DNA from: the human T2T-CHM13v2.0 reference genome, Homo sapiens
Reading direction: 5' to 3' (one strand)
Assembly: GCF_009914755.1 (NCBI RefSeq)
Contig: NC_060941.1
DNA length: 64,000 bases
Below the pieces are notes generated by a model. It worked only from the letters and a program-made list of their open reading frames with translations, made no database searches and was not told the origin of the DNA. Below are positions 63,173 to 64,000 of this stretch, in pieces. Position 1 is the stretch's first letter. Each line of letters opens with the position of its first letter. The translations under genes were made by a program, and so were the position numbers.

Positions 63173-63859
63173 TGATAGCAGGATTCTTATTTGGGTATTT
63201 TATTGGCCACTCTATACATCCTGCAGGTCTTAGCTAGGATGTGAATTCCTAGCTTCATGTGGCCTCTTATTCCACAAATCTAGGCCTTCCTTAGTGCTGG
63301 GTACTCACCCCACTCAGTGCCTCGTGGCCATATTGTAATTGTCTGCTCTTTCTGTGTGTCCCTGCTATGCCGTAGATCCTTGAAGAAAAAACACAGCATG
63401 CTGTGTCCAGCACAGAGCAGGCACTGAATAATCGCTTGTGGAATATATAAAAGAATGAATGGCATCCATATTTACACAAATACTGTCACTGAAAATTATC
63501 ATGAACTTTAGATACCATTTAGGGAAGACACCATAATTTGCAAAGTGCATTCAAATATCCCTTTTAAAAAATACGGAATTCATGAAGAGTGATCCGAATG
63601 ACTGATTATTATGAGATTTTTGGAACAATTTATTGGTGTTTAGCTAAACCTTAAAGGACTTATTGTACCACGTGCAAGAGAGTTCCCTAAAGTGATCAAA
63701 TTGGTTTTCTTAATGCTGACATTCCCTGCAGATTGACACAGAAGGGCTGTGAAAACATTGCTTTGCTTCCAGATTGTATTTGGAATTTTATTTTCAAAGC
63801 ATCTCTTCGGATGGGTCCATCCTATCTCTCCTTTTCTTGCTCAAAATTTATTCCTCTGG

Positions 63860-63985
63860 GCCCATTTGAATGCAAGCACGTTAAGGGCAGGACTGTGTCT
63901 TGTTCACTCCCCTATGCCCCTGGCACCTAGGACAGTTCCTAGCCCATGGGAGCTTCTCAATTAATATGTGTTGATTCATTAGTGG
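63860..63985 (+). mobile_element. L2 3' end relic (another at ~63290-63470)
   Basis: AGGGCAGGACTGTGTCTTGTTCACT...GCACCTAGGACAGT...CTCAATTAATATGTGTTGA. Confidence 0.7.
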
Positions 63986-64000
63986 GCTCTTCCTATTTGA

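Overview
Non-coding, repeat-dense primate (most likely human) genomic DNA, either intergenic or deep intronic. I cannot name the locus. It holds about 30 Alu copies or fragments, about 17 solo LTRs (MaLR MLT1, ERVL MLT2/LTR18/LTR33/LTR41/MER76, ERV1 LTR9-like and LTR27-like), several 5'-truncated L1 pieces, hAT DNA-transposon fossils (MER58B, MER20, MER5, MER3, MER53), many MIR/L2 relics and short microsatellites. No protein-coding gene, RNA gene, CRISPR array or prokaryote-type system is supported. The ORF track is almost all Alu-derived or chance ORFs; the only recognisable protein is an L1 ORF2p C-terminal fragment. The notable signals are structural or regulatory. (1) One AluJ inside a MER58B is split by two non-retrotransposed captured DNA segments that themselves carry older L2/MIR relics (2581-3775). 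(2) A 264-bp, ~95%-identical spaced duplication copies a junction between two different LTRs (55010-55273 to 56463-56726). (3) Two solo LTRs sit head-to-head 147 bp apart (28567-29998). (4) An inverted Alu pair 24 bp apart has internal deletions in both copies. (5) DUX4-type motifs are intact in an MLT2A and an MLT1B LTR. (6) An orphan CpG-enriched segment carries a perfect 27-bp duplication. (7) Several + strand splice-site pairs could belong to a lncRNA. Repeat subfamily names come from recalled consensus sequences and need RepeatMasker/Dfam confirmation; boundaries of old elements are approximate.
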